A DNA stretch of 61,887 nucleotides, counting the filler. It is 9 parts of 9 records of this genome, joined end to end, with 100 filler letters (N's around TTAATTAATTAA, not from the genome) between each part and the next. Parts side by side here need not be neighbours in the genome. Positions count along the whole stretch, not along the records: positions 45,052 to 49,702 come from SRR15195285_3193; positions 49,803 to 58,663 come from SRR15195285_3198; 7 more parts are not named here. The stretch is one strand, 5' to 3'. Below the pieces are notes generated by a model. That model ran no database searches. It saw only the letters and a list, made by a program, of their open reading frames with translations, and was not told where the DNA came from. This document shows positions 46,435-58,663 of this stretch, one piece after another. Each line of letters starts with the position of its first letter. Positions within the stretch are counted from its first letter, which is position 1. The translations under genes were made by a program, and so were the position numbers.

Positions 46435-49095
46435 TCACCTTACCAGCCTAGACAGCGCTGTCTGAAAGTGCTTTGGCCCGACCTGTGTCGCTTCAATATC
46501 TTCGCGGAGCGCCTGCATGGCTGACTCTCGGCACAAGCTATCAATGTCAGCTCGCGAAAAGCCATCTGTGGCCTCCACGAGCCGCTCGATCTGGGCGGGA
46601 TCGAGCGCGTCCATCGTGGCGGCCATTTCGTTGCACCGCAGTCGGATGATAGCCGCTCGCGCTCGCGCATCAGGAGGCCCAATGTGGATATGAGTGTCGA
46701 TTCTCCCAGAGCGTAGGATCGCCGGGTCGACTGCCGAGATATCACGTGTCGCGCCGATGATCACCACTGGAGCTGACGCAGTTGCACCGGTAGCACCCGT
46801 GTCGACAACACCGTCTAGCTGTGTCAAAAATACCGAGAGCACCCGCTCGAGCGTGTTGAGAGAAGAAGAATGACCGCCGCCGCGCCCACGCGAAGGGGCG
46901 AGGATCTCCAACTCGTCAATGAAAAGAATCGATGGCGCAGCACTGCGAGCCCGTGCAAACATGGCGCTCACATTCTTTTCCGATTCTCCACTGACTGCAG
47001 AGATCAACTCAGCGGCGTGTACCTCAATCCAGTTAAAGCTAGAATCTGCAGCTGCAGCTGCGTCGTGACCTGCTACTGTGCAGGATCGCCCGACTGCAGC
47101 TGCCAGTAGAGTTTTGCCATTTCCTGCTGGGCCGTACAATATCGCTCCGCGTGATGGCCGCAAATTTGTAGCTTGAAAGGCAGCACGGCCAGTGCTGCTC
47201 AGCGGGAGTAGTATTGCCGTTGTCAGCTGACGCACGGCTTCACTGCTCACAGTCTCGGCCAAGCTTTCTAGCGACTGGAAGTCAAGCCTGCTCGTGCCAT
47301 TGCTGGCGCAGCTACTACCAGCTGCACCACCTCGTTGAAGACGCTGGAGACTGCTTGGCCTTGTTGCTGTAAGTGCAGCTTCCAGGTGCTCCCAAGCGAC
47401 CGCAACCGCTGTGTCTGTGTTTGCAACTGAGCAGGAGGACTGTTCATGATTTTCTGCTGTGGTGACCTCAGCCATAGCGCACAGCGCAGCTTCTCTGGTG
47501 AGGTTGGCCAGGTCCGCAGCGACATATCCTACCGCAAGGTCAGCTAATCGTGCGATCAGGTCGTCCTGTTGAGCCGTCTGCTTTCCTGCTACTGCATAAT
47601 GTTCTTCTTCCCGAGTCAGAATCGAAGGCGGACCACTTCCCAGCCGGCATCCCACGGTTCCGATACGAAACTGGGATGTTAGCAGCCGGAGAATTTCTTT
47701 GCGCTGCAGTGGCAAGAGTGGAGGAATTTCGATCTCTACTTCAAGCCTCCCTGCGCGTCGCAGCGTCGTCGCCACGTTTTCTGGGCGGCTGCTTGTGCCG
47801 ATCACTGCGATCGCACATGCAGGTCCGTTCGCGAGCCGATCAATTTCGTGGTTTAGTCGGGCGATGACGCGTGCTTGCGCGACACCAACCGGACCGCTGC
47901 CTTGTCCGATGCCTAAGGAAGCCGCGCCGTCCACTCCACCGAGAGCATCGAGTTCTTCAATGAACACAACACTGGGTTGCTGCCGTCGTGCTGCTCGAAA
48001 TGTCGTGATAACCCGCGCAACACTCTCCTCTAAAGTGGGCTGCAGCACTTGGCCACCGTCCAGACGACATATTGTCACACCCGGAGCACAGGAGAGGACT
48101 GTTTCGACAAGGTGCGTTTTGCCAGAGCCAGACTCTCCATGGATGAACACGCAGTGACCCTTTGTAGACTGCCTCGCGCTTGCATCGTGCGGTGGGTCAC
48201 CAAGCACGGCATGCAACCTGCTCAGAAGCCGGTGCACTTGACCTTGTAGCCCACCAACCTGCTGGACGACACGCGATTGCCACTCTGCCAGCTCTGGTGG
48301 AACTGAATGCGGTAGCTGAAGCCACTCTTCGATTCCTGATAGCTTCATGTCACCACGGACAATGCTGTCTACGTGCTCGAATGATACCTTCGTTGAATCA
48401 CTGACGATCGCCGCTGTTGTCTGCACACAAGGACTGCTTTCAACAGTCTCATTGCGACCACCAGCACTGACCGCAACGGCGACGACGAGCTGCGGCTTGT
48501 TAAGCCATTCCACCGCAACCGCTTGGCCAGGGATTACCACATTTCCCTTCAGCATCATTGCCAAGAAATCTGACATCCCGGGCGAGTCAAAAAGCTCGGC
48601 GCGCGACGATCCTCGCCGCGAAGCATGCACGGCTGCGGCTAGCTCGCCAGCCTGGGGCAGGATTGAATCATTCTCTCGCAGTTCGATGCCAGCCATGAAC
48701 TGCACTGCACGCGCGGGTTCTGCAGGCCTGCTGCCGGCTCGATGTACTGCGGCAATTGATACTCGCACCGTTGTCCCAATCCGAGCACCTACTGTGAGCG
48801 CGAGCAGCCGAGAAATGCAAACTCCCGACACCTCATCAACGCTCTCTGAGGCCGTGCGGCGACCCTCTTTGGGCGCAACGTTTTTCTCCACGCGCGCAAC
48901 CTGCCGTAGCAATGGTACTGCGGTGGATTCCACGAGTACAAAGTCACCAGCTCTCCAGCTTGCTGCTGGGCAGCTGGTGTCGAGCCAGATCAAAGCCTCG
49001 GCGCCGAGCCCGCCGCAGAAACTATCGTCGCGAGCTATGTCCTCCACAACGGCCTCGAACATTTCCCGATCACCCGGTGCTTTCCCGTCGACCAT
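46435..49095 (-). CDS. CDC48/AFG2-family double AAA+ ATPase (SPATA5L1-like), 886 aa
   Basis: D1 HGESGSGKT, VFIEELD, LRRAGRLE, GYVAADL; D2 YGPAGNGKT, GESEKNV, LFIDELE, DPAILRSGRID, GFSRADI. Confidence 0.85.
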   Translation of the reverse strand: MVDGKAPGDREMFEAVVEDIARDDSFCGGLGAEALIWLDTSCPAASWRAGDFVLVESTAVPLLRQVARVEKNVAPKEGRRTASESVDEVSGVCISRLLALTVGARIGTTVRVSIAAVHRAGSRPAEPARAVQFMAGIELRENDSILPQAGELAAAVHASRRGSSRAELFDSPGMSDFLAMMLKGNVVIPGQAVAVEWLNKPQLVVAVAVSAGGRNETVESSPCVQTTAAIVSDSTKVSFEHVDSIVRGDMKLSGIEEWLQLPHSVPPELAEWQSRVVQQVGGLQGQVHRLLSRLHAVLGDPPHDASARQSTKGHCVFIHGESGSGKTHLVETVLSCAPGVTICRLDGGQVLQPTLEESVARVITTFRAARRQQPSVVFIEELDALGGVDGAASLGIGQGSGPVGVAQARVIARLNHEIDRLANGPACAIAVIGTSSRPENVATTLRRAGRLEVEIEIPPLLPLQRKEILRLLTSQFRIGTVGCRLGSGPPSILTREEEHYAVAGKQTAQQDDLIARLADLAVGYVAADLANLTREAALCAMAEVTTAENHEQSSCSVANTDTAVAVAWEHLEAALTATRPSSLQRLQRGGAAGSSCASNGTSRLDFQSLESLAETVSSEAVRQLTTAILLPLSSTGRAAFQATNLRPSRGAILYGPAGNGKTLLAAAVGRSCTVAGHDAAAAADSSFNWIEVHAAELISAVSGESEKNVSAMFARARSAAPSILFIDELEILAPSRGRGGGHSSSLNTLERVLSVFLTQLDGVVDTGATGATASAPVVIIGATRDISAVDPAILRSGRIDTHIHIGPPDARARAAIIRLRCNEMAATMDALDPAQIERLVEATDGFSRADIDSLCRESAMQALREDIEATQVGPKHFQTALSRLVR

Positions 49096-49110
49096 GGGTA
49101 ACTGCCCCTG

Positions 49111-49433
49111 TTAGCCTCGCAGGTTTGAGGCGATGCGCCCACCTGTGCAACGTACGCCTAAGTTAGATGCCATGCCATTGCTGCGGTCGGATGCTAGGTA
49201 GTAGTACGCAAACCACAGCGCTCCCCAGGCAAACTGGCAAACTGGCGAGCACACTGCGCCAGGCATATCAACTCACCATCGCCCCGATACTTGCCGCCGC
49301 TCGGTGGAGTCCCAAAGGTCGTCGGCATCGCTTGCTCCGTGCGAATGACCTCTGTGGTGAGAATCTGGTAAATGCGGACGACGGCGAGGAGCATCAGCAG
49401 CGCGAAGATGCACACCAGGTGCGTCGGCCGCAT
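49111..49433 (-). CDS. Putative 62-aa membrane microprotein (exons 49433-49277, 49142-49111), or alternatively a 5' extension of the AAA ATPase
   Basis: MRPTHLVCIFALLMLLAVVRIYQIL hydrophobic segment; strong G|gtgagt donor at 49276; CTAAC...cag acceptor at 49143; ends ...ASNLRG*. Confidence 0.5.
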
Positions 49434-49702
49434 CCCTGCTGCACCAGCCGGCCAGCTAAGCCTGCGCTGCACTGGCCTGCCCTGCCGTGACAGCCTGCCT
49501 GCCTCCCTTCAAGCTCAAGTTGGCCACGCTGCTCGCTGGCAGCAGCAGCACCCGACGCGATGCGCGACGACGCTGAGGCCTACGGCCGTGCGGGCGTCTG
49601 CATGCATCTTGCATGAGTCGAATGAGCACACCGGCGGCGATCGCGGATCGGGCTACCGTACATTATCCATGCCTTAGGGCCAGTGTCTAAATTCATGAAT
49701 CG

Positions 49703-49802
49703 NNNNNNNNNNNNNNNNNNNNNNNNNNNNNNNNNNNNNNNNNNNNTTAATTAATTAANNNNNNNNNNNNNNNNNNNNNNNNNNNNNNNNNNNNNNNNNN
49801 NN
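49703..49802. other. Artificial contig linker
   Basis: N44-TTAATTAATTAA-N44. Confidence 0.99.
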
Positions 49803-50087
49803 ATCTGAGTCACAATGCATGTGTGCGCGAATAATCGAATCCATAATATTCGAATGTGTTTTTGACATGCATCGTGTAAGTTCCATTCAAGCATGCAGTG
49901 ATGATGCAGCGTCTGCTGGTGGCAATGACAATGCTGACGGCCGTATTCAACTGCAAGCAACCGTGAGCAGCGCCGGCGAGGAGCTCTTTATCGCAGTGAT
50001 ACTGTGGGCTGACGTGGTCAAAACCTCTTCTGATTGGCGACAGAAACGCAACACAATTCCTCTACTCGTCGCTGTCCTATGTTCCAG

Positions 50088-50220
50088 CCGCCCCGAAAAA
50101 CCGCGCGCTTCGCCGAGTGCCGAACGCATCGGACTCACATTCGAAACTTGGGCGGAGGGCTGTCAGGACTACGCGCCAACGTGTGCCATCAACTTTGTAA
50201 CGCTACCAACGGTGTGGTGA
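50088..50220 (+). CDS. 3' terminal exon of a truncated gene, possibly the last blade of a sialidase/BNR-like propeller
   Basis: RIGLTFETWAEGCQDYAPTCAINFVTLP* resembles sialidase C-termini (GLLxE...C...C.I.F). Upstream exons are unresolved. Confidence 0.3.
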
Positions 50221-50263
50221 AACTGCGGAATTCATTCGTATCTTACGATCGTGGGTGGGGCTG

Positions 50264-53200
50264 TCATCTGCGCCGAGCTCTCAGCCTGCGCCTGTCTGCG
50301 TCCGTCCATCCGTACATTTCTTCACCTCTCGGGCTCAAAAATCTATGGGGTCTCACCTGACCACCACCCTTGCCTAGCAGTTGCTCAGCTGTCGGTCTGT
50401 CCTCTGGTCGCAAAGTGAGCAACATGGAGAGCAGATCGGACAGGTCGTCATCCGAGACTTCCTTGATGCGAATTTCGATCTCCTCCGGCGTGATCGCTGT
50501 GAGTCTCCGCAGCTGCTCCTCGGTTGGGGCCGTGTCTACAGCTGCAGCCGGTGTTGCGATGTGCTCCTCCGCCCCTACTGCATCCCAAGCACGTGCCGTC
50601 GCTGCCTCGAGGAGAAGTACCCCGAGCCCCCACATGTCATATGACCACACTGACAGCAGTGACCCGACCACTGTGTTGAAATCCTCCTCTGGCGGCAATT
50701 TTGGCTCTTCTGCGGTCAATTCGACTTCCTGGCCATCAAGTCCGCGAGCAAAAGAGACTGTCACCGTGAGCGTGCCGTACGGGGCTTCGCCTGGTCCACG
50801 ACCGGTAGCCTGCTTCTTGCACTTCTTCGACAGTCGTGCACCAGGGTCACCAAGCTCCAGCGGAAGCGGCTCGACCAGCGTACCGTCCTTCCAACTCTCA
50901 GCACCCAGCAATGCTGCCACATCGAGACATACCTCGCCCAGAAAGTCGCTGCTTGAACCGCGGTCCTTATCAAACACTTCGAGTCTGAGCAGTGGCTCCG
51001 GGCCTGTGAGAGATGCAACCGGAAAGTCGAAGGCTTGGTGAAATCGTGGAGCGGAGGTCTTTCTCTGCGGTGCAGTTTCCTCTTGCTGGCCGCCAAGGCT
51101 GAGCCGAACAAACGGATCCGATACGCCACCACGATCCGCTGCGAGGAGGGCCATCCCACTCACAACTTCCACGGTGACGGTCCCAGCGCTCGGAGGCGGA
51201 GGCCTCGACACATCTTCTGCCCCCTTGTGCTCCATCCGACTCGGCTCACGCAGAGCGTCGATCTCCGCCACGAGTTGGCTGGCAAGCTCCGGCGCGCACG
51301 TTCGTGCCCGTACTGGAAAAGGCAACGGGGACGCAAAGTGCCGTGCATGCCCGAGGTTAATGAGCCGCCACCCACCATCATGGAATTGTCCAACAGACCC
51401 TGGATGGATGTCGCAGTGACTTGTGCGGCATACCTCGTGCAGCCAAACAAGCGAATACAAAAGCTGGCACGCCAGACTACGGACTTCCTCGGTGGGCATG
51501 AATGAGATTGCAAGCGTTGAGACTACTGCTGCACTTGCTTCAACTCCAGCATCAAGCTCGAGAGCCGCGACGGCAGGATCTGTCCTTGCCAAACCTGAGT
51601 GCATCTGATCGCTAGTTGGACGCTGCTGCAACAACGCCGAACCCAATGAACGACGCTCTTCAAATGCTTGCGCCAGCGATCGCGAGCATGCTTCAACCAC
51701 CACTACGCTGACAGCGTCTGGCTTCACTCCAGCGAGACCTCTGTTTGGTGGCGGCAACGCGTCGAAAGTTGTGACGAGGTTCTGCACCATGAGCGTCTTC
51801 CCTTCTAACGCCAGGCTACGAGCTTTAGGCTCACAAATTGCCACGGCGCCGCCATGTCCCGTGTACCGGACGGTGGCAGTCCGGCGCAAGGCGACAGCCT
51901 CTGCTGTCGCCCCCTGTATGTTTGCAGCGCTTCCAGCGTAGAATCGCAGGGTTACACGTTGACCAGTACTTCGGTCAACTCCTTCGTATCGCACGGTACG
52001 AGGCGTGGTGCCGGAATCTGTGTCCACCACGCCTCTACTCGTCAAAATGTACCTCGCCCTGAAGGTGCAGGCAGCCTCAACTGCTACCTGAAGTAATCCG
52101 ATGTACTCAGGATTGTTGCGAAGGCGCGCGTGATCGAGTGCTGTCCGATCATCGGCGTCGCGTTGTCCGACAGCGCTTGGACGTCTTGCCAGTAACCAGC
52201 GGAGCCATGCTACTCCGTTCGGAGCAGTTGGATCCCTGGCTGCAACCCAGTGCAAAGCAGTTGAGCCAGCTGGTGCCTTCCCATCTTCCACCGCCCGTTC
52301 TGATTCGCACTCCGGGGTCGCTTCTTCGCTTCTATCAGTCCATGCCAGCAGCCGTGCCCCATGTTCGCTAGCAAGCTGTTCCACATAACGCAGGGCGACC
52401 ATAGACACAGTGGTTCCTTGTGGCGTGACAGCAGTTCCACCATCAAGTTTCCTGTCATCGCTACTATCGAGATATCCTGCAGCCAATGCTGCATCAGCTG
52501 CTGCCTGATCCTCAATGCACAACCAATCATATCGATCCTCCGTCGCACGGCCTTCATCTCCCACATCCTCAGCAAGTTCACGTGTGCCACCTTCAATCGC
52601 ATGCACACCAAGCTTTGTCATACCAACGGCTACCTTAAAGCGGCTCTTCCCACTGAGACTCTCATCCCGCCGTATCCGACGTCCGCCCCAGCTGGGTGTC
52701 ACACGCAAGGTCTCGACAGATGCGGCATCCAGCAATGCCTACCCCGAGCAATACGATGCATGACTGCACGCTGAGTCTTTGTTGTGCCAACAGAAAAGAT
52801 TAATTGCTGGTGTGACACTTACGAGTGCGAGAACGCTTTCATCCTCAAGACTCAAGCGCGTGCGCCGCAAGTCCACCGACCGAAGGCTCGAAGACATAAG
52901 TGCATCAGCGAGCATGGACGCTGCGCGAACGACAGGTGCGTCCGCGAAGGGCTTCACCGGCCGCCCGAGCTCGTTGCCAGCGAGAGATAGGGAGGAGAGG
53001 CTACAGTTGCCTCCTTTCAAGCTAAGCATCACAGCCAACTCATGCAAACCACGACCCTCTACTACTAGCCTGCCTTCATCACTCTCCATTCCTGGACCCA
53101 TGATCGCACCATTCATATTAAGCGTGAGCATCTGTGTGGAAGAGAGATCCAGCTCTGTCAGTCTACTGTGCCCATGCTGCTCCTGCAGTGCCTGCGCCAG

Positions 53201-55237
53201 GATCGTGAGTCCTTGGTCTCCAAGCGCATTTCCGCCGAGTTTGAGCGTCATAACCGGGCAGTCGTCCCGCTTGAGAGCAGCGCCGAGTGCTTCTACCGCA
53301 CGCAGATCAGAGTGGCGGCCAAGCAGCGGGGGGCGTGCGATCACACAGTTACTGAGGTCCAGCGAGGTCAGGCTCGTCTCTGGAAGCACATCAGTCAGCT
53401 CTAGCAGCGCTTCAATCTTGAACTCGTGAAAGTTCTTTTGTCTCTGTACATCCCGGTCACACATCCCGCATACCGCACATCCAGAGAGGTTCAGTGATTG
53501 AACAGATGAGTTGGGCAACGCTTGCGCAAGCCTCGCCACACCAGCAACACCCAGCGCAAAATTTCCTGACAAGTCAATCGAGGTCAGTGCATTGCGGTCA
53601 CGTTCCACGAACGCCGCAACTACTGAAGCGTCACCACAGAGAAGGCTCTGGGTCACACCAAGCTGCTTGCCGGTCTGCAGAGTGCAACAACGTGTCAGAA
53701 CGTTCTATCAAAGGTGTTATGGAACCAAAGATAGGCGCACCCCAGGCGGCAGCGAGAATTGTGGAATCGAGAGTGACGTGGTCGCTCGCGTCCGCATCTG
53801 CTCAAGTACTGGCGGAGGGATCCTTCCTTTCGCCATTGCATCGCCCTGTTCCCATCTTGCGTCACCAGCCTGCCGATGCGCTTCGAACTCCAGCATCTGG
53901 AGAACCGGCGGCTCGTACTCCGGCTTCTCGATGGGTGGTTTCGCCGCTGCTGCCACCGCCGCATCAGCAGCTTTTTGCGCCTCCTTCTCCTTGCGTAGTC
54001 TGTAGGCGCTTGGGCTGGTCATTCGCGCCATTGCCGCTGCCTTCCGTGGGCGCGGGGCGTCCACCAACACCGCACCTGCACGGCTTTCACCGGGCACACC
54101 AGATCTATCGCCTGTTGTCGCTGCGGCTCGTATTCGTCGACCCTCATCAGCGGTTGCCGCTAGCTCATCGTCCACAAAATCCGATGTGCGTACCGCCAGA
54201 AAGTCCAGCGCCTGCTCAAACTCCCCTATCCGTTCCTGCTCACGCTGTTCCCACTGTGCGTTTTGACCGCACTCCAACGCTCTTTTCCGGACTGTATACC
54301 CACGGTACGCCGCCGCGATCTGAGTGGCGGAGGCGTGGCGGAGCAGACGAGTTTCCTCTGCCGCTGCCGCTTCTTTGATAACGCGAACTGCATTCTCAGC
54401 AGTGGCTCGGATCAGCTTGTCTACTGCTTTCTCTACCATCGTATCAGCAATCTGAATCGCCGCCTCGACCAAACGGGCCTCCTCAGCACGCTCCACGACT
54501 GTCTCGACGAGCTCCTCTACGATCGCCCCTACAAACGATTCGTTGGCCAGATGCTCCGCAAGCAACTGCGCTTTGCGATCCAGTGCAGCCGCCTCAGCTG
54601 ACACCTCCGCAGCTACTGCTGCAGCTACTGCCACTGCTGCGGCCTTGTTCGCCGCGGCAACTTTGGCAGGACTCGGACTCGCCAAGTAGGCCTGGTTGTC
54701 GCTGGAGAGCTCGGCGGCGCGGACAGCCTCTTCCAGATCAATATCGACATGCAGGGCAGCGAGTGCGTTGCGGGCGTCCTCGGCCTCGGTGGCAGCAGCC
54801 ATCGTGGAAGCTGCTGAAGTCGCGCTGCTCGGGCGAGACCCGCTTCGTCGCCGCCGGTTCGGCGCAGTTTGCGGCCGATCCGAGCGAAGCCCGCCAACCC
54901 ACATCTCATTCGCCGGCGAGCGAGGGCCTTCTCCAGGTGACGGTCGGTGTCCGAGAGGCCCGAGCGGCCCCGCGGACATCGGCCGCCGGCGCAACGCCCC
55001 GGTCCGATGTAGAGACGACTTGGTGGGCGTAATGAAGCCTGGCGGCAGCGTGCGATTGCCTGAGCCTGGCCGGCCCGAGAGTGGGCGCCCCGCAGAGTGC
55101 GGCCTCCCTTTCCCCGAGGCCGGTCGGTGGACATCAGACCCAGTGCTAGCCGAACTGCCACGCCGCCCACTACCCATCGAGCTGCTGCGACGCGGCACGC
55201 CATGCACGCCGAGTGGCGTGGAGAATGGCAACGACAT
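50264..55237 (-). CDS. Multidomain protein: disordered N-terminus, IQ motif, RNI-like LRRs, ankyrin repeats, pseudokinase with inserted C2 domain; 3 exons
   Basis: ORFs 53717-55273, 52739-53656 and 50264-52735 are joined by GT-AG introns. IQ ATQIAAAYRGYTVRK; LRR LTSIDLSGN and LKLGGNALGDQG; ANK GSTALHWVAA; kinase HCDIHP, APE, DMWGLGVLL, RPTAEQLL; C2 LLAADRGGVSDPFV...EVFDKDRGSSSDFLGEV. Confidence 0.8.
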
Positions 55238-55857
55238 ACAGCTGCTGGCAGCGCCACAACGGAGCGGCGCCACTACGGCTCTACCTCGGCCCAGCCATCG
55301 CTGCGACCATCAACACCGCGTACGGCATGCGGCAGAACGTGGCCCTCGGCACGCACAGCGACAGACATTGGCACCACAGCGCAGCAATGAGTGCACAAGG
55401 TCACTGCAGCGGTGCTCACCGAACCGCTGAGTGTGGCGCAGCGCGGAATGCCTATGCCATCACCTGCGAAGCGCAGCGACGCAGATCGCAGATGTCTACA
55501 CACGCATCTGCTGGCCCACGAACAGCAGCGCCATCATCATCACTGGATGCCGGGCGGTCGGATGCGACGAAATCGAATCAACGCACAACGGCGCCGCGGC
55601 CGGTCACCGAACTTCGGAACTAATAATCCGCTTACCAGAATATCGTACAGTGACGGGTAACATTTCTTATTTCGGAACGTGCGTAGCTAGCGCGCGTACA
55701 CCCCGGCGCCGGCCGCCGCGCGCGCACTAGACTGGCGCTGCACTGGACCCGTTCACGGAGCGCCCACGCAGGCGCCGGCTGGCTACCAGTACGATACGTG
55801 CAGCTGACGGACGCAACGGGCGGACGACGCGACGACTCGGTCGCGGCGGGCAGCGCG

Positions 55858-57485
55858 ATGCAGTGGGCAGCGGGCAGCTCTGCTACTGCTGCAGCGAAGC
55901 GACGCGCAGGGCATGTTGCCAGGCATTTCACTGCCGGACGGCGGCTGGGACTGCCTGTGATCCTCGACTGCGACACTGGTGCAGATGATGCGATCGCGAT
56001 CTTGATGGCTGCAGCGAGCAGCCGGTGCCACCTACTTGGTGTCACTACCTGCCAAGGCAACACACCTGTGGCGAATGTGCGTAGATGTGTACACACCTGA
56101 ATTGATCAACGCCGATTGCGGCTTTTTGCTGTACGCTTGAGACGCTGGCAACCGCTACTCTGCGAGGGTGACTGACCATGGATCGACGCGTTGTCATGCA
56201 GGTTACCGAAAACTCACTTCGTACACTGGAGTCGGCCGGGTTTATGAATGTTCCAGTGGTTCAGGGAGCAGCGGTCGCGCTGGACGGTACGTATTACGAC
56301 CCACGGAAAGGGGAGCGAGTTGCAGCGCCTCCGGGATTTAGTGTGCGTTCCTTATGCTTCGGTCTTGGCCAGTAACGTCAGTGTCCTGGTGTGGCCTGTG
56401 GCTAGTTGTGCAAACTAATACACCCGTACGAACTCAGATTGTATGCGTACTCAGGCGAGCGTTGACACAGTCGAAGACGTGTTGAACCTCGACTCCAACA
56501 GCTTTGAGCAATCGAAGCTGCTCGAGCTGCCGGCCGCCACAGGAACACGCACAGGTGGGCCCGACGCAGCTGCTCGATGGCTGGTCGAACAAATACACGC
56601 GAATCCCGGTGTTGCCCTTGTGCCAACTGGCCCGATGACGTAAGTTATTTACCAACTACCAAACTGATTGGATTGGACTTCTTTCGCGCGTTGCTGACGC
56701 AGCGGTCGTGGCGAGTTGGCCTGACCTTACCTTTCATTGGCATGGCACGGTGTGTGCGTCAGGAACATTGCACTTGCGCTGCGAATGGACCCATCAATAG
56801 TCGACGATGTCTCAGAAGTTGTCTTCATGGGAGGCACGGTCTCGGATCAGCTGCAGTCTGGAATTGAGTTCAACATGCTGGTTGATCCACTAGCAGCTCG
56901 GGAGGTGCTAAATGCGGGGTGGCGGAAAACCGTTATGGTAGGCCTTGATGTGACCGGAGCGGCTCTCCTTTATGCCGACGATCTCGCTCGGATCAAGGGT
57001 CTGGCAACCCCCGCAGCACTATCCGCCCACTCAATTCTCTCAAAGCTTGATGCTGACGCTTGGTCAAGTGCGAGCAAGGGCACGGGCGGGCTGGAAATTT
57101 ATGATGCATGTGCGTTAGCTGCCTGGCTGCGGCCAGAGCTGCTAGGTACGCCAAGTCTTTCACCACCTTTCTTCATCTTGGCTCTGTGGATGGAGACACG
57201 ATGCAGAACTGGCGCCACCTAGGATCTACTATATCTAGTAGAATGCTCCAGCCATCGCCTGTCTGCTTGCGCAAAGCGTCTAATATTCCTTTTACGGGCA
57301 TGGGCTGACTCGCAGAAACCAACCTGTGCCGTGTTGACGTGGATGACGTCGGGCGCACGCTTTGCGACCTTGGACATGCACTGGGTAGCGCGAACGAAAC
57401 GGTGAGAAATGTGTACGTCGGCACCAGCATCGACCGGGACGGATTTGTCACAACGCTGGAGTCTACACTAGCAGGACTGTACTGA
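55858..57485 (+). CDS. Inosine/uridine-preferring nucleoside hydrolase family protein, 5 exons
   Basis: VILDCDTGADDAIAI (DxDxxxDD), LGVTTCQGNT, PTGPMT|NIALA, VFMGG, EFNMLVDPLAA, MVGLDVT, YDACA and GRTLCD, all joined by GT-AG introns. Confidence 0.9.
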
Positions 57486-57523
57486 GCAGCAAGCCTTGTA
57501 TTGTTTCTACTACAAGTCATCAT

Positions 57524-58552
57524 TTATGTGGTCTCGTCCCCAGCACCTGAGTCCTTTGTGGCGAGAAACTTGCGGAGATACGGCAGCCAACTGTCGGGCA
57601 CTTTCTCCACCCAGATGTCGATCTCTCGTATACCAAGCTGATCGATCAAGTCGAACCGTACCTCGAGCTCCTCCTCTGTGAGGGTGGGTCTATATTGTGA
57701 GTCAAGTCCGAGCCCGATCATGTCAACATTGCCGCCTGTAAAGTGGTTGAAGTCGTCCATCAGCTCACGAGTAAACAACGACGTCCAGTTGCTATACGTG
57801 AACATATTGCAAAAAGAGTCAACGCGGCTCTCGTTGTAGGCAGCCATGTCCCACCACATGCAGTTGTTCTGCCACTTCACGCCTTCCCAGTGGGGGTCAA
57901 CGCAGGGGGATGCATCAATGCTCACGACCTTCCCGTGTACGTGCATGGCATCAGAGAGTTGGTTGACCTACATTCATATAACATACGCACCGCAAGATGT
58001 GAGTGCAACACTTTTGTAAGGATCCTATGGCCAGATTAGCGAAGCATCGCTATCAATGCCATTGCTCGCTTCCAGGTGTGGTATGCGCGCGCGTACGAAT
58101 TTTAGCAGACCTGCAGCGTCCTCCGGTGACGCTTTCCATCGAGGTTCAAAATCAAGATTCACTCCATCGAACCCGTACACCTACACGACATGTCAGCAGC
58201 TTCCAGTGATCCAACAACAGTGGGCTGAAATGACGAGTTAGGGACGCATGTATACTAATGCAGATGAGAGGATCGCACCATCGATGCATTCACGATTGAG
58301 GAGATGAATTTGTGTGGGTTCGCGAAGAGCTTCAGCAGCCGTGGCTTGAGAGTGCCCTGGTTGTACGATTCGTTATCAAAGACGGTGGGGATGACGCGCA
58401 CACCAGATTGCTTCTTGAGTTTCGCAGCCTGGGCCATTGTGACGTCGTCTGCAGTTAGTGAGACACCATCCTGAGCCAGATGCCAGATCGTGGGTGAAAT
58501 AGCAGTGATCGCATCGCTGTTCTGCTTGAGGTATTGCCCATAGGCAGTCATT
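57524..58552 (-). CDS. GH18 (chitinase-like) glycoside hydrolase, multi-exon, 5' partial
   Basis: AITAISPTIWHL, GVRVIPTV, catalytic YGFDGVNLDFEP (DxxxxDxE) near 58140-58175, NMFTY, GIREIDIW. Confidence 0.75.
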
Positions 58553-58663
58553 CTGCCTCACACAGCAATCGGATTGCACGCGGCGCATCAAGATCTACGC
58601 GGCGCGTCGGCGCAGCCGCGTTGGGTACAAATCACAAGGAGGAGGAGGAGGAGGAGGAGGAGG

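Noticed and set aside
49111-49113. TAA reassignment (alternative genetic code) to explain the in-frame stop
   Set aside because: TAA terminates other well-supported genes here, including CFAP45 (38235) and the gene ending at 22781.
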